A stretch of DNA of 64,000 nt, from contig CAVUSO010000001.1 in assembly GCA_963744145.1 (NCBI GenBank), forward strand, positions 5,056,001-5,120,000. The letters are read 5' to 3'. Made by a program: the position numbers and the translations under genes. Positions within the stretch are counted from its first letter, which is position 1. Each line of letters opens with the position of its first letter. Positions 43,600 to 52,966 of the stretch are shown here, piece by piece. The stretch is from an uncultured cyanobacterium (lineage in GTDB: Bacteria > Cyanobacteriota > Cyanobacteriia > Cyanobacteriales > CAWUOF01). The notes under the pieces are model-generated. The model did no database searches. It was given only the letters and a program-made list of their open reading frames with translations, and had not been told where the DNA came from.

Positions 43600-44934
43600 T
43601 TATCTATCAAAAAGCTGAAGCGTTAAATTGACTAAAAGTTTAGCCAAAGCTTTTACTATTGGGCGATTAGAAACATCTTCTCCGCGTTCCAAATGATGAA
43701 CTTTACCTGTCAAGATCGGATCTTTACTGGTAATTTCGTCATTTTTACCGTTGTAATCACTATAAATAATTGCAATGACTTCTACAGGTTGAGCAAGATT
43801 TTTTTCACAAAGTTCTTTCCATGCAGCTACATCAGCTTCAGTTTTTGCTAAAATAACTGCATGAGTAGCTTGAGACATAATGTCTTTATCCTCATAGATG
43901 GGAATTTTACCACCCACATCAAACAGTAACAGAGAGTTTTTAATTACCTTAAGCTCTCGGGTTTTTGCTTTAGCGAATTCGGGGGTAAATTTTGCCTTAT
44001 ACTCATCTTTTAGTTTTCGAGCTAAATCAGGATAATTAGCAACTGTTTCTGAGTACCAAGATCCATCACCATCGGGACAGCCAGAGACGGTATAAAAATC
44101 ATCAGGAGCATTGTCTAAATTTAAAATTGCTGTCTTTAATCCGTCTCTCAGTACAGTTTTTCCCGTATTTGGCGGTCCACATAAGACGACTTTAACTGTA
44201 GGTTGTGGATCATAATTAATATCAAAAGTTTCGCCAACTTGATAGTCTTTACCATGACTCGTCACTACCACATATCGATCTGATCCTTTATCTCCCTGTT
44301 TAGGATCAAAAACTGCTACACTGCTATACAGATGCGCCACTTTATTAGCGATCGCAAAACTAGCTAAGACTGTTGAACGTCCATTAATTCTAAGCACTTG
44401 TTTACCCCCAGAGAGTTGTCCTGAACTTATTAATTGATCTAATTGTGCTTCTGCATCTAGGAGGATTTGGTCACCATCAACTTTAATCCCATTGTTAATT
44501 TTGGCAATTAGAACATCCTCTTCCCAATAGATTAAAAATGAGGGATGATCGCTAGGATGAGAAGAAACTTGTTTAACTTCACCAGTAATCATGTCAATGC
44601 GACTACCGACAGGATACTCAGAAGCGGTACTTATGACCACAATGTATGCACCTAAGCGGGTATCGGAAACAGCGATCGCACGATACAAATGAGCCAACTC
44701 ATGGGTCAAGGTATAACCACCTAGCACCGAAATTCTGCCATTAATTTTCAGTAAGTTTCCACCTTTAATTTCCTCAGCAGCAATCATGTCCCGCAGTTGC
44801 GTTGCTAGATCCCGCACAATTTGGTCCCCATCAGCGGGAATTGGTTCTCCCTTTGCATTTTTAGCAAAATCTACTTTTAAGGTATCCCCTTCTAACCGAA
44901 TTTGATAGCTAGTCTTGGTTATTCCGGTATTCAT
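43600..44934 (-). CDS. csx3: Tandem Csx3 (Crn3 ring-nuclease-like) domains fused to a P-loop NTPase
   Basis: Two repeats of L[KR]INGR..AHLY..AV[SF]D[TP][RK]; then GPPNTGKT, CPDGDG, DVGGK; start MNTGIT. Confidence 0.75.
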   Translation of the reverse strand: MNTGITKTSYQIRLEGDTLKVDFAKNAKGEPIPADGDQIVRDLATQLRDMIAAEEIKGGNLLKINGRISVLGGYTLTHELAHLYRAIAVSDTRLGAYIVVISTASEYPVGSRIDMITGEVKQVSSHPSDHPSFLIYWEEDVLIAKINNGIKVDGDQILLDAEAQLDQLISSGQLSGGKQVLRINGRSTVLASFAIANKVAHLYSSVAVFDPKQGDKGSDRYVVVTSHGKDYQVGETFDINYDPQPTVKVVLCGPPNTGKTVLRDGLKTAILNLDNAPDDFYTVSGCPDGDGSWYSETVANYPDLARKLKDEYKAKFTPEFAKAKTRELKVIKNSLLLFDVGGKIPIYEDKDIMSQATHAVILAKTEADVAAWKELCEKNLAQPVEVIAIIYSDYNGKNDEITSKDPILTGKVHHLERGEDVSNRPIVKALAKLLVNLTLQLFDR

Positions 44935-45040
44935 AGCTCTGATGTCCTGTGCATAAGTGATGAGGTTTATTCTCTCATCCCTATGGAAAGGGAGGTTTCC
45001 AAAGCCTGTTAATTTGGAAAAGGAACTGAGCGGGATTAAC

Positions 45041-46507
45041 ATGATGTTTGGTAAAACCTTTGATTTGTGCCCCAGTGTAGACCTGTTACAAGTGCTAGCA
45101 AGAGGTTCTTTGAGACAAAATTTGCCAAAAGCAGTGCGGTTATGGGTCCTATTGCGATCGCTGTACGGGGATGAAGCTGATCCCATGCGGTTGGATCTGG
45201 GTGAAAATTTTACTTACAGTGAGTGGAACAAACTATTTTTTAATCTAACCAATCATGAACATAAAAATTACAAAATTCCGACTGATCACGATCCCCAGTG
45301 TCATTGTGCTAAAACAATTAGTGATTGGTTATTCGATTCTAATATGGGTTGTGATCCTACAACATGGCAACATTCATTCTTACAACTTTATTCTATGTCT
45401 CAACCCGAATTAGATAGCTTGCTGTTATCGGGAATTATCAATAAAGACGGAGAAAATTCCAACAAGCAAACACCTCTACCAGGTGGTCGTTTATTTGCGA
45501 TCACGAGTAAAAATATTCAATATGATTTTGGAGCATTGGTGGAAATGGGATGGCTAAAAATTCAGAAAATAACAAGTTGTAATAGTAAAAGATGTAAAAC
45601 TCTCTATTGTCGCGTAGAAGATTTTCCGAATCTTGGTATTTATCCCAATCCTCCTATTGCTCAATCGGAAATTAAAGTCAGTAATGTTATTCAAAATGAC
45701 CTGGCTGATTTTTTTAATGATTTCGGAGGTGAAATTAATGGTAAACAGCGCTTCTTTTTAGATATTGAGTATATTGTTCCTGCAAATTTTTCCCAGCAAA
45801 TTAACACCATCAGACAACAACTGAAAGAAGTTTGGCAGCAATCAATAGTACCACCGATAAAAATAACATATATCAGTGCTAGAAATTATCAAAGCTATCA
45901 AGATGAAGGAGAAGAATATATTGTTTATCCAGTTTGCATCTATTATTCCCATCGCGCACCTTATTTATTTAGCTTTGGTCAAGATCCTGTAAATAAAGGT
46001 AAAATTGGCTGGTATGATTATCGATTAGACCGAATACAGAAATTAGAACAACTAACCTGGGATCAAGTTAAAATTGCCGATTTCTCTGAACAGATTTGTC
46101 AGGGAAAAACACCAAGTCATATTGAAGACTTAAGAAATGAAGCGTGGGGATTTGATTTTTACAAACCAAAAAAGTTAATGCTGTTGCGATTCGATCGCTA
46201 TTTTCATAATCGCTATATTGAGGGAACTGAACGGGAAAAAAGATTTCAGAAAATTCCTTACAGATATGCTAAAAGTCTGGTGGAACAAGAACCAATTGAC
46301 AGTGAACTTAAACAGCAAACTTTAGCGATTTTCAAGTCTCGTTCGACCACAGATATTTATTGTCGAGTTAATTATCGTGTAGATGATAATAATGTGATTA
46401 TGAGATTGAGAGCGTGGGGTGCTATGGTAGAAGTATTTTTACCTTGGGAATTGCGATCGCTGATGGCTAAAGAAATTGAAGATAATTACCATCTTTATCA
46501 TAATTGA
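45041..46507 (+). CDS. CRISPR-associated WYL-type regulator (TIGR03985-like)
   Basis: LQVLARGSLRQNLPKAVRLWV, YPVCIYY, YRLDRI, MRLRAWG..VEV. Confidence 0.8.
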   Translation: MMFGKTFDLCPSVDLLQVLARGSLRQNLPKAVRLWVLLRSLYGDEADPMRLDLGENFTYSEWNKLFFNLTNHEHKNYKIPTDHDPQCHCAKTISDWLFDSNMGCDPTTWQHSFLQLYSMSQPELDSLLLSGIINKDGENSNKQTPLPGGRLFAITSKNIQYDFGALVEMGWLKIQKITSCNSKRCKTLYCRVEDFPNLGIYPNPPIAQSEIKVSNVIQNDLADFFNDFGGEINGKQRFFLDIEYIVPANFSQQINTIRQQLKEVWQQSIVPPIKITYISARNYQSYQDEGEEYIVYPVCIYYSHRAPYLFSFGQDPVNKGKIGWYDYRLDRIQKLEQLTWDQVKIADFSEQICQGKTPSHIEDLRNEAWGFDFYKPKKLMLLRFDRYFHNRYIEGTEREKRFQKIPYRYAKSLVEQEPIDSELKQQTLAIFKSRSTTDIYCRVNYRVDDNNVIMRLRAWGAMVEVFLPWELRSLMAKEIEDNYHLYHN

Positions 46508-46539
46508 AAAACAATTAAGAAAAACCTTATGGCTATTAG

Positions 46540-46772
46540 TATTAGAAAATGATGGGGATGAAGATGAAGCGATCGCAGCTCTTTTACATGATGCAGTGGA
46601 AGATCAAGGAGGAGCAGAAACACGAGCAGCAATTCTAAAGCAATTTGGTGAGCGAGTTGTGGAAATTGTCGATGGTTGTACAGAACCATTCACTGTACCT
46701 AGATTACCTTGGCGCGATCGCAAGTTACAATATATTAGCGATATTGATGTATTGCTAACTTTTGCCCCGTAG
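46540..46772 (+). pseudogene. Fragment of an HD-domain (SpoT/Mesh1-like) hydrolase
   Basis: DEDEAIAALLHDAVEDQGG..FGERVVEIVDGCT; both ends missing. Confidence 0.75.
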
Positions 46773-46821
46773 AGAGAATCCCCCAACTTCGTGGATAGCC
46801 AGGATTTTGTGCCTTTCCCGC

Positions 46822-47187
46822 TCAGTTAAGGGTGCGATCGCGTGCTTCAGTAGAGGGAGAAAGTATTTCTGCAATCAAGCAGGGGTATTGCAAAAACTCA
46901 CGAGCTTGACGATCGCGCTCTTCACAACTAACAACTACATCAGGATAATAATAGGCTCCTGTTTTTGTCATCAGTTTGGCATCACTACCGAGAATGCGAT
47001 AACTTCTTCCTCGCAGATGATTTTTAATTAATGTCAACAGATTGATGGTGATTTCGTTATGGTTCAGTGTTCCTCCTGTCATAGCAATAATTTTTCCATG
47101 TTCATCCTCATATTTGCCATCCTGTTGTGCCTCCCAATCGAGATACTCTTCCGGAGACATAACCGCAGACTTTACTACAGCAATCAT
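46822..47187 (-). pseudogene. Truncated Uma2-family endonuclease
   Basis: YYPDVVVSC..AEILSPSTEARDR, then breaks at a HIP1 site. Confidence 0.8.
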
Positions 47188-47231
47188 AGAAATATCCTAG
47201 ACTTTGATCCTAAATCGGTTGATTAGTTTTG

Positions 47232-47819
47232 TTATTTATTAGCCCACAAAATCGCATCAACACTGATCACCAGATCGCTAAAAGCTAAAGGTGAGATACT
47301 TTCACCGGGTCTAAATTGTTGGATGCTTTCATAACCATTAGCACTGGGATTGCGATAAACCTCAACTAATTGGGCTTCTATGTCTACGATCCAAAGTTCA
47401 ATAATTCCTGCTCTCCCATAGCGAACAGACTTAATATTACGGTCATCGTCAATCGTAGTAACGGATACTTCAATTAGTAAATATATGTCTTGGGGCTGGG
47501 GGAGCAGATACTCGTAACAATCATCACGACGTTTCAGGATTGATAAATCAGGTTCCGGTTGTAATTTTCCGTTTAGCCTTACTGGGGTCTGTGACAAGAT
47601 TGTGGCACGTTTACCTAACCCCAGGAAGAAAATCTCAAGCAAGCGACCAACACACCCTAAATGACGACTACCCATCGGTGCCATATAAATAATATCCCCA
47701 TCAATTAGTTCTGTCCTATTATCCCCAAGCATCCCCAACTCACCCAGTTGGTAATATTCCTCTACTGTGAATTGCTTTCTTGTTGGTTTTGTTGCTACTG
47801 CAATCATCTTTCTCACCAT
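47232..47819 (-). CDS. Uma2-family endonuclease
   Basis: FTVEEYYQL, ELIDG, PEPD, LLIEVS, VEVYRNP. Confidence 0.88.
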   Translation of the reverse strand: MVRKMIAVATKPTRKQFTVEEYYQLGELGMLGDNRTELIDGDIIYMAPMGSRHLGCVGRLLEIFFLGLGKRATILSQTPVRLNGKLQPEPDLSILKRRDDCYEYLLPQPQDIYLLIEVSVTTIDDDRNIKSVRYGRAGIIELWIVDIEAQLVEVYRNPSANGYESIQQFRPGESISPLAFSDLVISVDAILWANK

Positions 47820-48499
47820 CCTATTTACTGAATAGGCGCAATAATTCCCATTCTAATTGCATTCGCGTAGTGTACCGTAGGTAATCGCTTGCTCAATTTC
47901 AGCTTTGGAATTGCCTGTCCAATAGCAACATCCAAAGCCCCTAGCCCCTTAGCATTGGATTCCAAGCTCCCCATAACGGATTAATGGGTTTTTTATGGCA
48001 ATTTATGTGATTTGAGTGAGTAATTAATTCTCATTTCGGGTAAAATCTATTAAAAGAGCATTGTAAAATCAGCTTTTTGATAATTTGCCTGGGACAGTTT
48101 TTGAAAAGATGGAGAGCCGCATGAGAGTAGAATTACTTATGGTCAAGCTCAAAGCCAGAATATTCATCAAGTGCCAGTAGCTTTTTGATAGAAGACCCCC
48201 TTTCCATGAGGGTGTAAAAATATAAAGTAGCCAATCAATACTTCAGACAGTTTTTGATTGTCAACGGTAGAAAAAGGGTTTCGCACCCATATTGCTCTCG
48301 AACTACCAACAGTAGATCAAGGGTTTCAGCCTACGATCTAAAAATTGTCCGGACTATTGCCCATAGGAGCGTAAATATGCCTAAACTAATTCCTTGGAAA
48401 TTAAAGCATCCACGAGCCATCATCCAAAAAATAAAAAAAATTATCCAAAATGAATGAGGTTATTTACCGTGGTTAAACCAAGAAAAGAGGAATATTAAA

Positions 48500-50272
48500 G
48501 TGAGTCAAATATATACTGCGATCACCTTTGCCCCAGTGCAAAGTTTTATTGAAAAATCCCGTAAATTGCGAGATTTATATGGGAGTTCATTTATCTTATC
48601 CTACTTAGCCGTGGAAATTTGTAGAGCAGCTAGGCGCGATCGCAATGTTCCAGAAGATAATCCCCCTCCGGAAATTGACCCGATCATCTCACCAGCACTC
48701 ATCAACGTCACTCAAGGGACGCCTAATCAAATAATTATTCGAGGAGATTACAAAAAAGATAACGCTGAAACCGCCTTTGCTGAAGCTTGGGATGCAGTGA
48801 TAGAAGGTTGTCGTCAGTGGATCGAAGACAATGTTAAAACTTGTGGGCAGTATTACTGGAGGAGGAACTGGGATGGGTGGAAACATCATGCTTGGGAGTT
48901 TTTTTGGGGACAAGGACAAAATATCGGTGAAGCAAGGAATGCGGTTAATGAAGCCAAGCGATCGCGCAATTGGATAGCAATAAACTGGGTAGGAGAAAGT
49001 TCGACTTTATCTGGTGCCGATGGGGTCGCGTGGCCAGGTTTAGGCAAGAATAATCCGAAGTATTCTAATTACCAGCAGCAAAAATTGGAGATTGAAGGTT
49101 TTTATCAGCGACTAAGTTTGAAACTGGGAGAAGCTTTTGCAGAAGCCGCAAATCTCAATGTAGATGAAGAAAAGAAAAAAGAATATGGTGCGGCGTTTGT
49201 TGACCCTGATGAAGAATTAAGCATACCTGAATTAGTGAAGCGGTTAATTACGCATCTAGCGATCGCTGAGAGAATTGTCGCGCGATTGAAACAACCAATT
49301 ACTAAAAGAGAACTTAAAGAAAGGTTGAAGCAACTGAGTGAAGAACTAAATCCCGATAGTTTTAGAGATTTAAGTCGCTTAAAACACAAAAATAAAAAAG
49401 CCCAGACATCAGTCCCAGAATATTATACTGGTTGGTTTCAGGGAGACGGCGATCGCATGGGCGATTTAATGAAAAGACTCTCTAACGAGGACAATCCTGA
49501 AATTGAAGCCCAAGAACTTCATAAATTTAGTCGGGCGATGATGAAATGGGGAGAAAAAAACTTCAAGCCCAACCTGAATGCTTCTAACGGTCGTACAGTT
49601 TATGCTGGTGGTGATGACTTTCTTGGGATTTTTTACCCCTTACCAAAAAATCCGTCACAAAAGCAGCAATTTATCCCTCTGACCGGACAAGATTGCATCA
49701 ATTGGTTTTATGAATTTCCCGCTCTTTGGAAACAGCACAAACAACCCGTAAGTGTTAGTGTTGGATTTGTCTGGGCAGCACCCAATGTACCACAAAGAGA
49801 CGTTTTACAGCACTGCCATTCAGCTGAATCTTCAGCAAAAAAGAGTGGCAAAGACCGTATTGCATTGCGGGTGCTATTTAACGGTGGTACTCATATAGAA
49901 TGGGTATGTCCTTGGTGGTTTTTAGAAGTATTAAAACACTATCAAGATAGAGATGGCAACACTTTAAAATCTTTGTCAAAAGGGAATAAAACTAAACCAA
50001 ACTGGACTCACCTTTATAACGATGTTGCTACTTTAGAATCGCGCCACGCATTTTACGGTAATACTAAAATTGCCCAAGCACTCTTTCAAATTTATTTTCC
50101 TGAGTGCAAGGATTTTATTCACCATGATTATTGGTGGGTACATTGCTATAGAGATGAATTGAGAACGGGCATTTTAGGACATGAACAAAAAAATGCCAAA
50201 AAAGATGTTACTGAACTGTTTAACGAATGGGTTATTAACTTAGCAAAAGTAGGATTTCACTTATGCACATAA
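48500..50272 (+). CDS. cas10: Cas10/Cmr2 lacking an HD domain, cyclase palm intact
   Basis: PVQSFIEKSRKLRDLYGSS, GDGDRMG, YAGGDD. Confidence 0.95.
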   Translation: MSQIYTAITFAPVQSFIEKSRKLRDLYGSSFILSYLAVEICRAARRDRNVPEDNPPPEIDPIISPALINVTQGTPNQIIIRGDYKKDNAETAFAEAWDAVIEGCRQWIEDNVKTCGQYYWRRNWDGWKHHAWEFFWGQGQNIGEARNAVNEAKRSRNWIAINWVGESSTLSGADGVAWPGLGKNNPKYSNYQQQKLEIEGFYQRLSLKLGEAFAEAANLNVDEEKKKEYGAAFVDPDEELSIPELVKRLITHLAIAERIVARLKQPITKRELKERLKQLSEELNPDSFRDLSRLKHKNKKAQTSVPEYYTGWFQGDGDRMGDLMKRLSNEDNPEIEAQELHKFSRAMMKWGEKNFKPNLNASNGRTVYAGGDDFLGIFYPLPKNPSQKQQFIPLTGQDCINWFYEFPALWKQHKQPVSVSVGFVWAAPNVPQRDVLQHCHSAESSAKKSGKDRIALRVLFNGGTHIEWVCPWWFLEVLKHYQDRDGNTLKSLSKGNKTKPNWTHLYNDVATLESRHAFYGNTKIAQALFQIYFPECKDFIHHDYWWVHCYRDELRTGILGHEQKNAKKDVTELFNEWVINLAKVGFHLCT

Positions 50273-51546
50273 CATCAACATCTATCGCAGAGGAAAAAAA
50301 ATCAGAAAATCCGCCATTTTCCCACATAATTGTGATTAAACCGTTAGGATTTCTCTATGGCAGTGCTGGAAAGTTTTTATCACCAGAAAACTTAGTCGGA
50401 CGTTCTGGAACTAGCTTTCCTCCTAGTGCTGCCACTTTATCAGGTATTTTTGCGGCTTCCTTACCGCCCGATAAAATCAAAAATTTGCAGTTGGCTGGGC
50501 CTTTTTGGGCATGGAGTCACAATCCGCAAAATTTTTATGTTCCTACTCCTTTTAATTGCTTAGTCAAGGATAAAAAAATTCATCAGCAAATCGCGTGGTT
50601 CCAACAATGTAAAGATCCATGTAAAGGACGATGGTTAGCACAATTTAGGGTGTGGCAAAAGATCAATGGAGAGTTAGTAGGGTTAGATTTATATAAAACA
50701 CCACCTAATGATAAGTTTGAAAGCAAAACTTGGTTACCAATCAGACATTGGAAACGAATAAGACATAAAATAAATAAAGATAAAAACTTATTCAAGGAAA
50801 CCATACCCCAAGAAGAAAATTGCTTTCCTCAACTTAAAGTTGAATCACCCCCTTGGGAATTTGTCCCTCACCTGCACCCGCGACTACAAGAGGATCAAAG
50901 ACGAGTTATAAAGCCTGAAGAAGAACGAGAAAGGGGCAGTTTATTTTTAGAAAACGGAGTGCAATTAAATCCCGATGCGTGCTTAGTTTATTTGTCAAAT
51001 ATTTCTATTCCCGATGGTTGGTATCGGTTTGGTGGTGAAGGTCATTTAGTAGATTTGCGTTGTGAGAATATATGCCAAACTGTTACTGATTTACTCAAAG
51101 AAAAGTTAGGGCACAGTTTTGCATTAATCACTCCAGCAGTATGGGGTTCTAATCGGCTGTCTTACCGCGAACCAATGGTACAGGAAAATCAGGATAAAAA
51201 TGGTGAGTGGGTTCCTGCTTGGAAACGGGAAGCTTTACTGACAGAACGTAGTATCCCTTTCCGTTATCGCTTAGGAAATCCTCAACAATCGGCAGAAGGT
51301 GAGAAACGAAAAAGTAATGAAAAATTGCTGTCTCGCGGACGGTATGCGATGCCAGCAGGCAGTGTTTATGTGTTAGAAAAACCTCTCCCATCTTGGCAAG
51401 AATGGGATAAAGATTGGTTTCCCAAAGAAGGTGTTTCATTTAAACGTTGGGGTTGTGGGCTATCGTTACCTTTGGAAAGCGCACTTGTTCAAGAGTCAGA
51501 TCCACAAACAGCTAATACTTCTGAAATTTCCCTAGGAGATAATTAA
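50263..51546 (+). CDS. cmr3: Cmr3 (Cas5 group)
   Basis: PLGFLYGS, FPPSAAT, FGGEG, PAGSVY, WGCG. Confidence 0.88.
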   Translation: MHITSTSIAEEKKSENPPFSHIIVIKPLGFLYGSAGKFLSPENLVGRSGTSFPPSAATLSGIFAASLPPDKIKNLQLAGPFWAWSHNPQNFYVPTPFNCLVKDKKIHQQIAWFQQCKDPCKGRWLAQFRVWQKINGELVGLDLYKTPPNDKFESKTWLPIRHWKRIRHKINKDKNLFKETIPQEENCFPQLKVESPPWEFVPHLHPRLQEDQRRVIKPEEERERGSLFLENGVQLNPDACLVYLSNISIPDGWYRFGGEGHLVDLRCENICQTVTDLLKEKLGHSFALITPAVWGSNRLSYREPMVQENQDKNGEWVPAWKREALLTERSIPFRYRLGNPQQSAEGEKRKSNEKLLSRGRYAMPAGSVYVLEKPLPSWQEWDKDWFPKEGVSFKRWGCGLSLPLESALVQESDPQTANTSEISLGDN

Positions 51547-52431
51547 ATGTATCACAAAGCTTATGGAATTATTGAAACCTTAGCCCCTTTACATATTGGA
51601 GCGACAGCAGGAGAAGAAACAGGAAATTTAAACTTGATTTTCCGCGATCAGTTTACCAAAACTGGGATTATTCCCGGTAGTTCAATTCGAGGAAGATTTC
51701 GCGCTGATATGCGATCACAAAATGGGAAAGTTTCTGAATGGTACGGTCACGAAGCGGTTGCAGGACAACAAGATGGCGGCACTACGGAAGCATCAGTTAA
51801 ATTTGAATATGCGTCTTTAGTATGGTTACCTGTTTTTTGTCCAGGTCAACCGATCGTTTGGGTAAGTTGTCCTTCACTGCTAAAACGTTACCAGCAAATC
51901 ACTCAAATTGATCGCAAGATCGATATTCCCAAACCTTACACGGCTGATCATGGATTAGAAGCGCGGTTAGTACCAGGAACAACTGAAAAAGTTTTATTCT
52001 TTAACTTGGGTTTTTTAGGGATTGAACATCAGGAAAATTTAGCCGTTTGGATTCCGATCGGTGCTGACTTACCTAAAAAACAATTAGTTGTTGTTGATGA
52101 TAACGATATCTCTATGCTGCATGATATGGCTTTGTATCGTCAAAGTCGTATTAAGATGCTGGATAATATGAAGAAAGTAGATACAAGAACGGGTGCTTTT
52201 TTTAATGTAGAAGCCTTGCCCGTTGGTAGTATTTTAGTGTTTCCAATAGCATCAAAACAATTCGGCTGGCAACCCTTTGGCAACCTGCAAAAAGATAAAA
52301 ATTATTCTCAAGAACTGTATTTTGGGGGATTAGAATCAATTGGATTTGGTCGGTGTAATGTAACCCTGGTAGGAGAAGCACTTGATCAGCCAGAAAATAT
52401 TCAAGCAACTACACAGGAGGTTAATAGCTAA
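51547..52431 (+). CDS. cmr4: Cmr4 (Cas7 RAMP)
   Basis: PLHIGA, IPGSSIRG, FGGLESIGFG. Confidence 0.92.
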   Translation: MYHKAYGIIETLAPLHIGATAGEETGNLNLIFRDQFTKTGIIPGSSIRGRFRADMRSQNGKVSEWYGHEAVAGQQDGGTTEASVKFEYASLVWLPVFCPGQPIVWVSCPSLLKRYQQITQIDRKIDIPKPYTADHGLEARLVPGTTEKVLFFNLGFLGIEHQENLAVWIPIGADLPKKQLVVVDDNDISMLHDMALYRQSRIKMLDNMKKVDTRTGAFFNVEALPVGSILVFPIASKQFGWQPFGNLQKDKNYSQELYFGGLESIGFGRCNVTLVGEALDQPENIQATTQEVNS

Positions 52432-52955
52432 TGGCTTGGAAATATTACAATTTCGAGGAAAATGGTCAGCAGTTACACAGTTTAGATCAAGTAGCGCAAA
52501 ATCTGGTTTTGGCGGCTAAGGAACGATTGGTGAAGGATGACAGGGGACGGATTGTTTTAGATGACAATGGACAAGGTAAACATTCGCTCAATCAATCCTT
52601 TAAAATGCGGGAAGCAGTTGCTTACGGGTTAGAGCGTTTTTGGGGAGAGCATTTGCGTTTTCAAGGTAAATCGAAGTTTAATTGCGATGAATTTGATAAT
52701 AAATCTAAGTATTGGAAGGATACTTGGGATGCTTTAGTGATAATTATGCGGCAAGGTGGTGTCATTATTCCCAATGATTCAGTTCATATTGACAGACCGA
52801 ATTCTGTGAAGTCAATGGCACAGAAATTATGGGCTTTGGATATTAAAGACCAGCGAATTATCTTGGCTGTTTTGACACAGTTATGCGATTCCATTGTCTG
52901 GTGGACACAGCGGTATAAAGGACCTGGGGATTTAACAATTGATGAAGATAATTAG
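52431..52955 (+). CDS. cmr5: Cmr5-like small subunit (Cas11)
   Basis: Helical, AYGLERFWGE; position between cmr4 and the large RAMP gene. Confidence 0.7.
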   Translation: MAWKYYNFEENGQQLHSLDQVAQNLVLAAKERLVKDDRGRIVLDDNGQGKHSLNQSFKMREAVAYGLERFWGEHLRFQGKSKFNCDEFDNKSKYWKDTWDALVIIMRQGGVIIPNDSVHIDRPNSVKSMAQKLWALDIKDQRIILAVLTQLCDSIVWWTQRYKGPGDLTIDEDN

Positions 52956-52966
52956 GAGATTAAATC

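Noticed and set aside
44935..45186. Long N-terminal extensions making the csx3 and WYL ORFs overlap
   Set aside because: Artefact of longest-ORF calling; better starts are at 44934 (-) and ~45041 (+)
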